This document shows positions 52,501 to 64,000 of a stretch of DNA of 64,000 nucleotides, in pieces. Source of the DNA: Spirogloea muscicola (taxonomy: Eukaryota); contig WELB01000001.1 in assembly GCA_009602725.1 (NCBI GenBank), forward strand, positions 475,494 to 539,493, written 5' to 3'. Under the pieces are notes generated by a model. It was not told the origin of the DNA and did no database searches. It saw only the letters and a program-made list of their open reading frames with translations. How positions within the stretch are numbered: position 1 is the first letter of the stretch; every line of letters starts with the position of its first letter. Both the position numbers and the translations under genes were made by a program.

Positions 52501-55500
52501 ATGAGGCGGACGACGCGCGCCGCCGCCAAGCGCGCCACCATGGAAGCTGCTGGCAAGCCCGGGGGCGCTGCAGCGGCGGGGACCTCGGCGCCGCGGGACG
52601 CCCGCAGCAAGCGCCCCGCGCTGGCGGACCTCAGCAACCGCCAGAGCGTCTCGCCAGGCTCCGAGGCCCCCTCCAAGCCTCCTACACGGCAGGTCAGCTC
52701 AGACGAGCAGCGTGCAGTGCTGCATCGACTGATACACCGCTAGCGCGAGCGCCCGGCTAAGGTGACGGCCTCCCATGGGGCTCTCGGCCCTCTGCCTCAC
52801 CTTCGGCCCCCGGGCGCCTGGCTCTAGGCAAAGGCTGGCGGCGTGTCCATCGCATCAATCCAGCGAAGGACCGAGCAGAGCCTGCGCATCTCGTCTCTCA
52901 GCCAAACCCCAGATTGCCGAGGTTCTTGCGGCGCCCGACCTTGCCCTCGTCGTGCCTCCTCGTTCATGGTCCTCCAGCCTGGCTTCAGATCCTGCAGAAG
53001 TGGTGCACTGGAATCTCCGCATTGGCTGCTTGCTCTGACGCTGTTGTCTACATTGTTCAGCGGGCAGGTGATGCCTTGGTGAGACGAAGGTTGACCCTGC
53101 CTCTGGGCTGCTGGTCGCCGTTTGTCACAGACATGGAGGACGAGGACAGCGGGAGCTGGATGGCCAGTCCGTGTCACAATGACATTGATAGCAACCATGC
53201 AGATCCCCAGATGTGTACGTCCTATGCTTCGGAGATCTACGACCACCTCCGGATCGCCGAGGTAGTTGTGCAAGAGCTTCCTAGCCAGTGAACCACATGG
53301 AGCGGTGTTCCTAGCTGCTAGGCCTGCGAGTGCTAAGAACAACTAAGAACAAGCTGGCACTTGCAGCTGCAACGAGCAGAGTCAGTTAATGTGAGTGCAC
53401 GCAAGGTTGTCCTGCAGTCGTACTGTCTTGACACTTGCTTTGTTCGATGGAGCTCGTCTTTTGTTTAGGAGCGGCGGAGGCCCTCCATAGACTTCATGGA
53501 GACCTGCCAGCAGGACATTAATTCCAGCATGCGGGGCATCCTCGTCGATTGGCTCGTAGAGGTGTGGCGGTGCACCTATGGCTCTTAGCTAAGCACGGCT
53601 GACTACACCTAAGCTAGTGATTGACGGTCACATGTGGGCTATTGGTAAATTCCTTTGATATTACAGCACAGCATGAGGCTGAAGATTGTGCACTTGTCAT
53701 GCTCGCCAGGTGGCTGAGGAGTACAAACTTGTACCAGACACGCTCTACTTGACCTGCTCATACATTGATCGATACTTGTCTGGCAACACCGTCCCACGTG
53801 GCCGCCTCCAGCTGCTAGGCGTGTCGTGCATGCTTGTGGCTGCGTAAGTGTGTCGTACTGATGTGGTGTTGTCTTGCCTGCTGGCAAGCACCCGCCGCCC
53901 GCCGCGTTGCTCGTTGCAGTGGGCCCAATGGTGCCTGCTGGACTATCGGCTGCTTCTCTTACCAGTGCATTATTGGGCTAAGCAATGAAGCATGAGATAC
54001 AGTCTGCCCACGTTACGGCTGATTCATGCCAGCACCTTCGTCTCCTTGTGCAGCAAATACGAGGAGATCTACGCTCCACAGGTGGAGGAGTTTTGTTACA
54101 TCACCGACAACACATATCAGAGGACTGAGGTAGATATCTCACACAAGCACAGAGACCCCACGAGCCAGCAAGTCAGGAGCTTTGCTGTCAAGTTTGTGAA
54201 GTTCCTATGGGCTTGTCTGATGTACCATTCTGTAGGTTTCTTATGGGCTTGTCTGATGTAACCAATTTACTGCAGGTGCTTGAGATGGAAAGAGCGGTCC
54301 TCAATCACCTACACTTTGAGCTCACAACACCAACCACCAAGAGCTTCTTAAGGTTCTTGTCCCAGAATCTTGCCCACCTGTTATGTGATCAGGATACAAA
54401 TTACTGTCATGCAACTCCATCCAGTCAAAATGCACAAGGGTAGCTTCACCTTCCCCAAGTGTGAATCAGTGCTCTTCTGCAATAATTCTGAAATGCATTT
54501 ATCCAAATCCTCTTTGTGCAGACGCTTCATACGAGCTGCGCAAGCTGGCTTACGTGTACGTCTTTTACCTCGCCTGCTGGTCATCAGCTGCAATGGTTCA
54601 TAGATTCCCCACCTGTATAGCCGGTGTGGTCTTCTCACAGCTGCTGCATTTTGTTACGTGCTCAGAGAGCAGGACTTGATAGGCCTATGTTGCTCTTTTC
54701 CATATATTGCCAGGTTGTGAAGCTGGAATTGGAGTTCCTTGCTAACTACTTAGCTGAGCTCACGCTGATGGAGTACTCGTTCCTGAAGTTCCTGCCCTCT
54801 TTAGTAGGCGCTTCTGCCGTTTTCCTTGCAAGCCTCACTCTGCAGCCTAACAAGAACCCTTGGGTGAGTTTTCAGCACAAGGACGCCTGAGTTCCCAAGA
54901 TATTGCTGTGATGCCAAAATAAACTGCACCTACGACAATGGCAGGCTTCTTGTCCAAGCAATCTTACCCTTCTTGATCTAGAATTTGCAGTATCTAGGAA
55001 TATGCTGTCAGTGCTGATTGCTGGAGTTGCTGATGGTGCTGTGTGCTACAGACCCCAACACTGCAGCACTATTCTCACTACAAGCCATCAGACCTGCGGG
55101 AGTGTGTCATATCGCTGCACGCACTGCAGATGAACAGCAGAGGCTGCCAATTGCCAGCCATACGAGAAAAGTACCGGCAGCACAGAGTACACAACTATCA
55201 TGCTTTCTTGCCACTTGCATCTGCCTGCTGCTCTAGCCATGGAACAAATCAGTGTGCATGTACTTAATGCAAATTGAGCTTCACTTTGTTTGCATCTGAT
55301 CGAGGATAGCATAGCACAGCAAAGAAAGAGCCGGCTGACGTACATGTGTACTAGCAGAGGGAATTTGGTGTCAGGCTTCACGTAGCATGCATGTTAGATT
55401 GGAAAGGTGGTGCTAGCCTTCATAACATGGCTCTTGTGCCCTGCTTGTGCAGTTCAACTGTGTCTCGAGCCTCACTCCTCCCACCACCCTCTCTTCTACA

Positions 55501-55536
55501 CTCTTTCAAGACCTTCTAGAAGATGCCACAGGCTGA
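52501..55536 (+). CDS. CYCA: A-type cyclin (plant CYCA); alternative in-frame ATG at 52378
   Basis: Destruction box [100 protein letters not shown] at 55534-55536. Confidence 0.95.
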
Positions 55537-57911
55537 AGTGGCAGTAGCCTGTCCTGTTTACTTGGCTTTCAGTCCCTGCATAAGTGCAGAGCTGCAGAAG
55601 CTGTTGTGATGGGTGCAAAGCAAAGCTGTGTACAGACATTGCAGCTTTGCTGCACAAACACTGCAGCCTGGACAATGCAATATGGATGGCAGGTTGCTGC
55701 AGGATCTTGAATTTGATATCAATCAATTATCCTGTGCCCTGGACACAGCACTTTGACGGTAGAGGAAGTGCCTCCATCGCAATCTAATATTGTCTGGGGC
55801 AATCATTAAACTGCCGAATCCGTCCTCTGGAGCAATTTGTAAGTGCCGAATCTATTAGCAGGTATGGTGTTGTCAGCATTTAAGGACCTGCTCAGATGCG
55901 ATAGACAAGATGTTCAAATTGCTTGATGCAACAGTACGCAGTCACATTGTGAGCCTGAATTGCCAGTTAGCTTGCAGACCACAGATGCGTACAATCTTCA
56001 GACCATGTACTGTGGACAAGTAGCAAACCTACTAATGACAGAGAAGGCGGAAGACATAGTACTATTGCTTCACCAGGTCATGTACATAGTAAAGGCAGCA
56101 CTTTAAAAGAAACGTCAGGCGCCATTGCCCCAGAAGGTATAGGAACTCTAGCTGGCCAATGCTGCCACATGTAGCACTTCACATCGTAAGCCAAGGTCTA
56201 CGTCTAAATGCTCTTGAAAGCAGTGCGAAATTATCACAATCTATCTTCTGCAACACAAAACAGTCGGGTGTCGTTCTGGTCATAAGCACAGGAGGTGGAA
56301 AATAATTGAGAAGGAAGTTCAAAACTCCAACGCTGCACACCATAAAGGGATTTCACCAAGTGGCTTGCTCGCAGCTTCTTGACTTAAAAGCTCCTGAGCC
56401 TCTCTGATCAATGAAGAAAGTACCTCCATGCAAACACCTCAGCGTAAGTGCCGCAGACTTGATGCCATTACTGAGTTCCAAGCAGTTGCATCTGAAGGAC
56501 CTTAGACGTTCTGCTCAGACGAGCTCTCTGCAGGGTATCAATCTTCTCCAGGGCGAAGCCAAGAACAAAGGCAGTCCCTCATGGCCACTGCCTAGACGAA
56601 AAAGGGAGTTTCATGCACTAGCCCTGTGGAAGTGGCATCTGAACTTGCATTGTGTAAAGGGCTTCACCTGATTATGATAAGAAGCTCCACCAGCTTTGAC
56701 TTCCACGGTTTCTGCGACACTCGGAAAAAGTAGAGGGCTGGCGACTCTTCCCTGCTAACATGCGGCATCTGGATCTGATCATTGCGGTCAAATGTTCAAT
56801 GGATTGACTGGTCACATGCACTGCTAGGTACATGCAATAATACGAGCTTGAGATGACATGCAAAACTGGAGCACAAGGTTGAGGTGAAAGCCACTTCAGC
56901 AGCCTTGATGGTCCCAGGACGCTCCTAGCGCTGGTATGCAATCTCACAGCAAGCTGCATGAGCCAGTAGGAGCCAGTACGAGCCTACCGATCCTGGCAAG
57001 AAAAAGGATACTATATCACAATGACCTCAGCCAGCACTGGTCATGAAAGGCACATTGTGCACTGTACTTGATGTGCTTCATGTCCAAGTATGCATAGAGT
57101 TCACCTGCACGACGGTTGGGAAAGTCCGCATTTTCCAGAGGAAGATTTGTGCGCGGTGAATCAGGACAGCGGGGTGAGGAAATCGGTGCTGCGGCCAGCG
57201 GAAGCGGGCTAGCAGAGCAACATAGCGTGAGGACGATGACGCGGCCTCGCAGCTTCTATTGGCGAGTCCACGCCACAGGCCCTGCACTCTAAGTGTTATG
57301 CTGCCGGCTGACAAATGCACGGGGAAGCTTGCTGTGGCAGGTAGCAGCAGGCTGCCGATAGCAGCTCTGGCCCTCCAGCACTCTAGAGACGCTTGTCCCC
57401 CGCCAGGTGGGCCCTTGCATCGGGTGCCGCCATTGAGCTGGGCTCGAGGGCGTAGCCGCGGCAGGCGGTCGCAGCGAGACTCGGGGTGCAGGCGGGGCTG
57501 CCCACGCTGCTGCAGCAGTCGGGTGCCAGACCGGCCAGCCGGCGGGTGCCCACCTGCCGAAACCTGGCACGTCCCCTTCTTCTATCCTCGGGCAGTGCTC
57601 CGGCTCCCCACTTCAGCCTGTCAGATGTCTGCGTCCAGTAGTGCGTACTGAGGTCACCTCGTTTGTTGTACTTTCGGCCTCTTACAACAGCCCCTCCTAT
57701 CCAAGGGCTTCGCTAAGTGTAGCTCCATATTTTGCACGTACTTTGCTGCCAAATGTTCTGGCTCAGCTTAACGTCCCTTGCATTTCATGCGCACCGCGCA
57801 CCTTCCGTATAGCGGACGTGGATGTGATTGTCCACGAAATTGATCTCTCAGGCCCTTTCAGTACACGTTCTGTTCCTGGGCGGCTGGCCGATGTCAGTCA
57901 TCGCCCTCTCA

Positions 57912-58545
57912 AGGAAGAAAGGGCTCGCCCATTGAGGTTAGGGGCTGGAAATAGGTAGGGGCTTGAATAGGGGCTTGCTTTTGGGGCTGGAATAGCCAGC
58001 CCAAAAAAGAATGAACAAAGTACGAGAAGGGGGCCAGGGGAAGCGCAAGGAAGCATCTTTCTCTATACTGGAAGATATATATACATATACTGGAAAAGAG
58101 TCTCTCTCTTTCCTACCATCTCAGGGTCCTCCGTCGTCTGTCACCTGTCACCGACCTGTCGCGAGCGGGGACCAGGGCCACCGCCACGGACCTCCTCGAA
58201 GCCCTTACTTGCCTCGACTTGGCCGGCGCTGCACTCTCGGCGGGCGGGCCAAGCGCCCCGCTATACGTAGACAGGACTGGGCCGGGCGTCTCAGATGCCT
58301 GCCCTCCACCTCAACCAGGCAGCACATGCGTGGGCCTCGCCGAGCGAGGCAAGGAGTTGCTTCACGAAGTAGTCATCCTCTCACTCTGACCTGCTGTTGC
58401 TCACTCGCGGGTACTGAGCTTCCCTCTGTATCGTCTTGTGCTCTGTAGTGTAGTCCTTTTCTGGCTTCTCTTCCTTTGGACATTGCCCATTCTATTTGGG
58501 CTGGCTTTGCCAGCCCCTCTTCTCTATGGGCGAGCACTTCTCTCA
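57912..58545. mobile_element. Two CRE-like 3'-end fragments (57912-58050 minus, subfamily A; 58390-58545 plus)
   Basis: gctcgcccattgag..ggggctggaatagccagcccaaaaaagaatgaacaaagtacgagaagggggccaggggaagcgc matches 45606-45687; ctcactcgcgggtactgagct..gggctggctttgccagcccctcttctctatgggcgagcactt matches 48424-48580. Confidence 0.8.
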
Positions 58546-60068
58546 CTCTCTCTCTCTCACCCGACTTCCTCTCACTGACTGCTGCCTGCAGTGGTGAACC
58601 GCTGGGCTGCCTGAGCCCTGGGCTGCAGCTTCCACACTCCGCCCAGAGCCTTGATGTGTCGGCAGTTGTGTGTCAATAGCTGGATAGATACACACCGCCA
58701 ACATGTGGTTGTCTGCGGCTGTCCTCTTCCTGTTGCGCCGCGGGCAGTACATTTGTACATAGCGTGCTCAGCTTCTCGCGTAGCTTTAGCACCCTGAGCA
58801 AGCCTTAGCTAGGCGCACTGGGTCTAGGCGCACTGCTCTGCCATCATAGACACTATGGACCCCTTGCCGTGACATGTTGTGTGCAAGACTCGCTAAGTGC
58901 TAGATCGCTTCTGACTGAAGTGTCTTCATCTCAGTAGACAACTATAGTGACAATCGTTGACTAGATTCCTACTAAAACGACATCGTTGGTTTTGCTAGTA
59001 GACTTAGTATTATTTTGGGCTGGCATTTCTCAGCCACCATCTGTCCTCCTAAGAAGCTTGTCACTCTGTGCTCCTTACTTGTGCGCCTGCGCTGGCACGA
59101 GTCATACTTGGCTACAAACTGCAGTAAGGTTCGTGCGGGGTGCATGACCTGCTCATCACGGGGTTATGTTGAGCTTGTTACAGCAACCCATTGTCAAACA
59201 TCATGGTTGCCTGTCTTTGCTGGCTTCACAATTTGAAATTGTTGCTCGCTGTATCTCAGAAGGTCAGAAGGAATAAAGACAAATGTTGCACTGACACTGA
59301 CACACCAGAACATGTATGCAATTCAATGAGCAAAAGACACATACTCATGCCAACTAAGCAGGTATAAGAGAGATGGATTTGCACACTCTAGTTGATCACT
59401 CGAACTTTGATCTACATTCACTTTTCTTGTTGTGTCAAGAATTATCAAATATCAAGATGGTGCTGCTATGTGTGGCATCTGCCAAGTGGCTATTTCCATC
59501 ATCACATTCCACTGAAAATGAACACTCCGTGCAACTTTGAGACCTACTCAATGACTTGACACAGACACAGGACACAGCAGCTTTCCAGCAGTGCATATCG
59601 GTGTGTTCGCTATGGTGCCACATTTGACATGTGCTACAAGAAGCGCTTTGCATGATGACTAATGCAAACACTCAATAAAAAGGACAGCACAAGCCTTGTT
59701 GAGGCCAGCATTGATACCTCACATGACTCTCTTAATTCAATGTCCAACATCCTACGAGATTGATTAGAAAATTGGTAGTAAATGCAGTGGTTTGTATTTT
59801 TCACACAAAATGAAAGCGCAAAATATGTTCGTATGCCTGCCAGAGAGTCTCAGGATCTCAGGTTGGGCAAGCATCTCATGCAGGAAAAGCAGCTGAAAGT
59901 ACTTGGATAATAGGAGCACAGAAGCGCTTCATGAGATGCTACTTTTACTTTTCCAGTCTGACATGCAAACATGCTTACTAAAACTATAAGTAGTAATCCG
60001 ATGCCTTCTATTTGAGGAAGCTGACCAAGAGGCCTGCAGCTTCGTCACTATTGACCAAGACCTAGACC

Positions 60069-60704
60069 TCACAGGTGCCTGCCACCCCTGCCCCTGTGGT
60101 GATTGCCTCGAAAGACGAAGCTGGGAGCTGGGCCAGGGGCACCAGCAAAGTAGCTGTGATTGTGGCGGACTCCGTGAGTATGATTGGCTGTGCCATTGAC
60201 GGTGCCGTTGAGCAGTTTGTTGCAATCATGTCCATGGGTAGTGCCGTTGACAATCACACTTGTGCCGTTGGGAAAGACGCATGTGTGCGTGCCATTGCCA
60301 ACCAGGGTGTGATTTCCAGCAAAGGTACCATTGCCATGGTGGTGCCTGCCACCCCTGCCACCCCCGCCGTGGCCACCTCTGGCAAAGCCTCCTGCACATG
60401 CACATGCACATACTTCCACAAAGTAAGCACGTGCAGCACTTCCATGTAGTGTTTGCCGGCTTTGAATATCACAAGAGCGACTGATGAGGAAAAAAGGTTG
60501 CCTATTTCTAAGCAGAAGGCGCGGATGTGCTAACTCCTACTGAGAGCGTCAGTCATTGCTAAGGCATCAAGGCATCACATGGTGGAAGTATCTCTGTAAG
60601 TGTCTCCCACCCAGTGCCATATGCACCGCGTGCTCACCATCCGGCAGGGTGGCGAACACCAGCGCCACGACAGCCAAAGTGAATAGCATGCGCGAGAATG
60701 CCAT
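60069..60704 (-). CDS. Small secreted Gly/His/Asn-rich orphan protein, 129 aa, 2 exons (60704-60638 and 60391-60069)
   Basis: Exon 1 MAFSRMLFTLAVVALVFATLPD (signal-peptide-like) ends G|gtgagc. Acceptor tgcag|GA keeps the frame into GGFARGGHGGGGRGGRHHHGNGT...GRGGRHL*. Confidence 0.7.
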
Positions 60705-62529
60705 TCTGAGCGTGGAGATGGCTTGCCATGCACGAACATAGCAACACCGTCAGTCAGAGCTGTGTCATGTAGCTGCGGGAAGTAAGTGGCTTCTCAAACA
60801 AAGTGGAGCAGGCATTGCTCGAGGCGTCATATACAAGCAACCCCTTATGCGCGAGCTCACTCAGCTCGGCAGCTGCAGGTCGTTTGGACATTCAACTCGC
60901 GCTGAGGCCTGTCGCTGGTTGGGCAGCCCACGAGCTTGGCGACCACTGGCCCCAAGAGACGGCGCAGCAGGCACCGCAGCGCAGGGGAGGAAAAAGGAAG
61001 CGCTTGCGAGCACTCACCTGGAGACACGAAGGGGCCGCTGGGGCAATAACGGGAGGCCTTGTACTGGACGAGTCTGGTATGGCGGCGAAGGAGAGTGCAG
61101 TACGGGGCTCGCGGCGGGAGGGCCTTAAAAAGGAGGGCGCGTACAAGTGGCGGAGGCCACGGTGGGTGGTCAGCGTGGAATGACAAGAATCGTTATTGCT
61201 TGACTCGTCGCACCGAGACGGCGACTTCCCGTTTGCGCCGATGGGCGGTGCGACGCGGGCCCCCGAGCGGCAGCTTCGCTGTGGCCGCACAACAGAGATT
61301 CCCCGCTGGCATCTACACGTGGCCGCCGGCGTGGCCGGGCCCCGCTGCCCACGTCCCGCGAAAATATCGCGCACCTGACACCTCGGCTTCGCCAGGTGCC
61401 CTCCCCAATGCGCCCCCCATCTGACGCTCCGAGCCGGCTGCTTGGCAAACTGGAAGTGTCCATTTCTTTCTTGTGCGGGCCTCTACCACGTTGCCCCCCT
61501 TGTAGAGCTTCCACTTTCTGCCTCGCTCTTTGCACTGGCTTTTGGATAATAATATCTTGGCTTAATTTGGCCTCCCTTTCTATTTAAGCGCGCCCCTTCT
61601 CTCTCGACGAGCATCAAAGTGTGGTGCAGATACAGATAATCTCGTCCAGGATGCGCTCTTTCGATCGCCTCGCTCAAGGGAATCAAAGACGCTGACCATC
61701 CTGGGGGGGGATGACTGCGGTCCCACTCGACGAGACGCTCACGATGCATTTTGCCTCCGTGGCTCGGCCCCCTCCAGCTGCTTGAGTGACAGCGGTGGCC
61801 CGACGACAGGGGCAGGTGGGGAGGATGTTGAGCAGCCCCATCCATTGCTGCAATCTGCTGGCGCCAATGTGCAGCATTCGCCCTTGTTGTGCTGCAGCTT
61901 CCAACTTATTCATCATGCATCTGCCTGCTGGCCAGGCCTTGGCTGCCGCCTTCCTGTATCAATGGCCGACTCCTTCCCTGCTGCTATTTAATCACACTCA
62001 CGACAGGGCTTACTGATTGGCTGTGCATAGCGGTTTCTGTGTTGCTGCGGAATCTGCCAATTCATAGTTGTGGCTTCCCTCTAGACCTCGTCCTATTGTA
62101 TGCCTGGGCTTGCCGATCACAGCCATCGTCTCTACTGGAAAACGTTTTCAGTCTTTGATTGCTCAGCTTCAGTAGCCACCGCCTCCTTGAGTACTACTTC
62201 CTCTCTTGCCTGTATGGCTGCATCTTTAGCAGCCTCGCTGCCTTACGAGCACTGGAGAAAGCGTCAGCACCCGCCTGCCAGCGAGAGCACTCTCTCTCTC
62301 CCTACTCTTCGTCAGTCCCTCAGACTTGTATAACTTTCCGACCACTCCGGCAGGCGAAGTACGCATGTAAGCTGGTGAGGATGGATGTCTTCCCTTTCTA
62401 TTGATATCCACGTGGCCTTTGAGCTCAGTGGCTTAATCTATCACCAGCTTGCGCGATGCACGATGATCAGTGGCAAGAAAAGCAGGCTGGCAGCAACGCC
62501 GCCGGCTTAGGCTCTCTGGCTTCTCTGAA

Positions 62530-62790
62530 ACCTGCGGCGTTCTCTGGCTTACGCCTTGTATCTGCATGCTGGCCGTGCCCTGGCTGCTGCCTCGGGCGAT
62601 CGGCAGAGAGATTGCTACCCAGCTGCTTGTGTATCTTGACTGCGGCTGCTAATCAAGGGGTTACTGAGAGGCCGTCCTCAGTGATTGCTTGTTACCCTGC
62701 GTGCTGTGCTGCCGTCTCCATTGAGATTTGTTATTGTGGGCTGGCGCTTCGCGGCCCTTGGCCCCTTTTAAGAGAGCTGCTTCTCCGGCA
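62530..62790 (+). mobile_element. Decayed CRE-like 3'-end fragment
   Basis: LAYALYLHAGRALAAASGDRQRDCYPAA..LRLLIKGY*, followed by a gggctggcgcttcgcggccc hairpin. Confidence 0.7.
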
Positions 62791-63019
62791 CTGCCCTCTT
62801 CAAACGAGCTGTTCTCTGTCCTTCATTGAGTGCTCTTCCCCTCTCCAATAATTAGGCTGCTGCATATTCACTGCTGTTGTGGAAGGTGCTTCTTGTTGGG
62901 GATGTTGAGGAAACTCTCGTATCCGAACAAAGGCTGAGAATGCACGGCTAAGCGTGTACCAGCACACCCAAATACAAGTACGTGGACTATGAGTTGGCTC
63001 ACCCGCATCACAAGATCAG

Positions 63020-63492
63020 CTGCTAGGAGCCACCTACATAAAGGTGGGCTTGTGGGCTTGCATCCACCTCTGCGAAGAAAATTTCGTGTATTCGAAACAA
63101 ACATAGGCCAATGGCCAAGTACAAAGGCAAGCAAGCACATCTAAATATCTACATAACCTACAGCAGGTTGACCCGCTCAAAATCCACGGGTCCAAAACAT
63201 AAAGGTCGCTAACCGATGCATGAATACTAGATGTCAGGTACGAAGCCCTTCTGTCACCAACTAGAGCTCGCCCAGCTTTCTGATGCAAGGCATTAGCCTG
63301 AGCTCGCTGCAAACAGGCCGAAACTCGACGTCGCAAGAACGACAAATATGCAGCTGGCAAGCCCATTTCAGCCGGAAACACATCTGCACGTCGTGTGTAG
63401 CCTAGATTGGCAATGTTTTGGAGGAGGGTGTGAAATCGAGGACCCAGACAGCCATAGATGTCGATTGCCGCTGGCAGGAGCTGGTCGCATCT
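63020..63492 (-). mobile_element. 5'-truncated copy of the divergent CRE-like family seen at 48990-49735
   Basis: CDQLLPAAIDIYGCLGPRFHTLLQNIANLGYTRRADVFPAEMGLPAAYLSFLRRRVSACLQRAQANALHQKAGRAL, nearly the same peptide as 49312-49530. Confidence 0.85.
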
Positions 63493-64000
63493 GCGAGGTA
63501 CCCTCAGCATACCTGGCCAATATCCAGGGACCACCATACAGAAGCACCAACTCGTGGATGACCGGACCTAGTGATTGCTTGCGCATGCCTATAAGTTCTA
63601 TTTGCTCTGTATGCTATCACCTTCGCTTCATTGTGCTCTATGACTTCTGACCCTTGTTATGTTCAGTGTGGACCTGCAAGTGCAAGTCTATGCCTTGAAC
63701 AATCACAACATCAATCATGGCAACATGTTTGCAGCATGTAGACTGTGCTTCTGCAAGGCTCATGCCTTGGCAAGTCAATAGTCATCAGTTGACCAAGTGC
63801 GCAGTTTGTTTCAAGCATACTGAAACCAACTTCGATATACAGAAGACAATTCTCACCCAAGTCTTTCAGAGACAAGTGAGATATAGTGCAGGTGTGAATC
63901 AAACTGCAAAAGTAGCGACTACAGTACGAAAACTGCCCAACTACAGTACGACAACTGCCCAACGTCCTGGCCTTGCACACATTGTCCTGGCCTTGCTCAT

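Noticed and set aside
54206..54262. Short intronic tandem duplication (also 16695-16755, 56960-56985, 63918-63997)
   Set aside because: Ordinary slippage-type duplications with no sign of function.
56200..57900. Possible decayed gag-like or gene fragments
   Set aside because: Multiple stops in all frames and no motif strong enough to name.
61483..62411. Several short ORFs and a TATTTAA motif at 61581
   Set aside because: No homology recognised; the TATA-like word is part of the ~100-bp dispersed repeat.

Overview
Eukaryotic, intron-rich, GC-rich nuclear DNA. The gene set (HPAT, PBS1/PBL27-type RLCK-VII kinase, plant-type cyclin A, plant C2 protein) points to a green plant, most plausibly a streptophyte alga or other non-seed plant (inference). 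About 12 spliced genes are recognisable: ALG1, a C2-domain protein, an ATAD1/MSP1-like AAA ATPase, HPAT, a two-SIS-domain GCKR/MurQ-like protein, a MOSC/mARC protein, a PBS1/PBL27-like kinase, a TLDc protein, a DExH helicase with an N-terminal dsRBD, a tristetraprolin-type tandem CCCH protein, cyclin A and a small secreted orphan. Intergenic DNA (9.7-11.1, 43-52, 57.9-59, 61.4-63.5 kb) is full of fragments of CRE-like RLE non-LTR retrotransposons whose 3' hairpin ends are nested and arranged tail-to-tail, plus a second ~100-bp dispersed repeat. Top leads: (1) a full-length vertebrate-GKRP-like fused MurQ etherase homolog that keeps both etherase Glu motifs in a plant-lineage genome; (2) self-nesting, palindrome-forming retrotransposon 3' ends; (3) an animal/fungal-type TTP with a CNOT1-binding tail; (4) a His/Gly-rich secreted orphan with nine N-glycosylation sequons. 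Exon boundaries were read by eye and are approximate. Several 5' ends fall in assembly gaps. Homology calls come from recalled motifs, not database searches.
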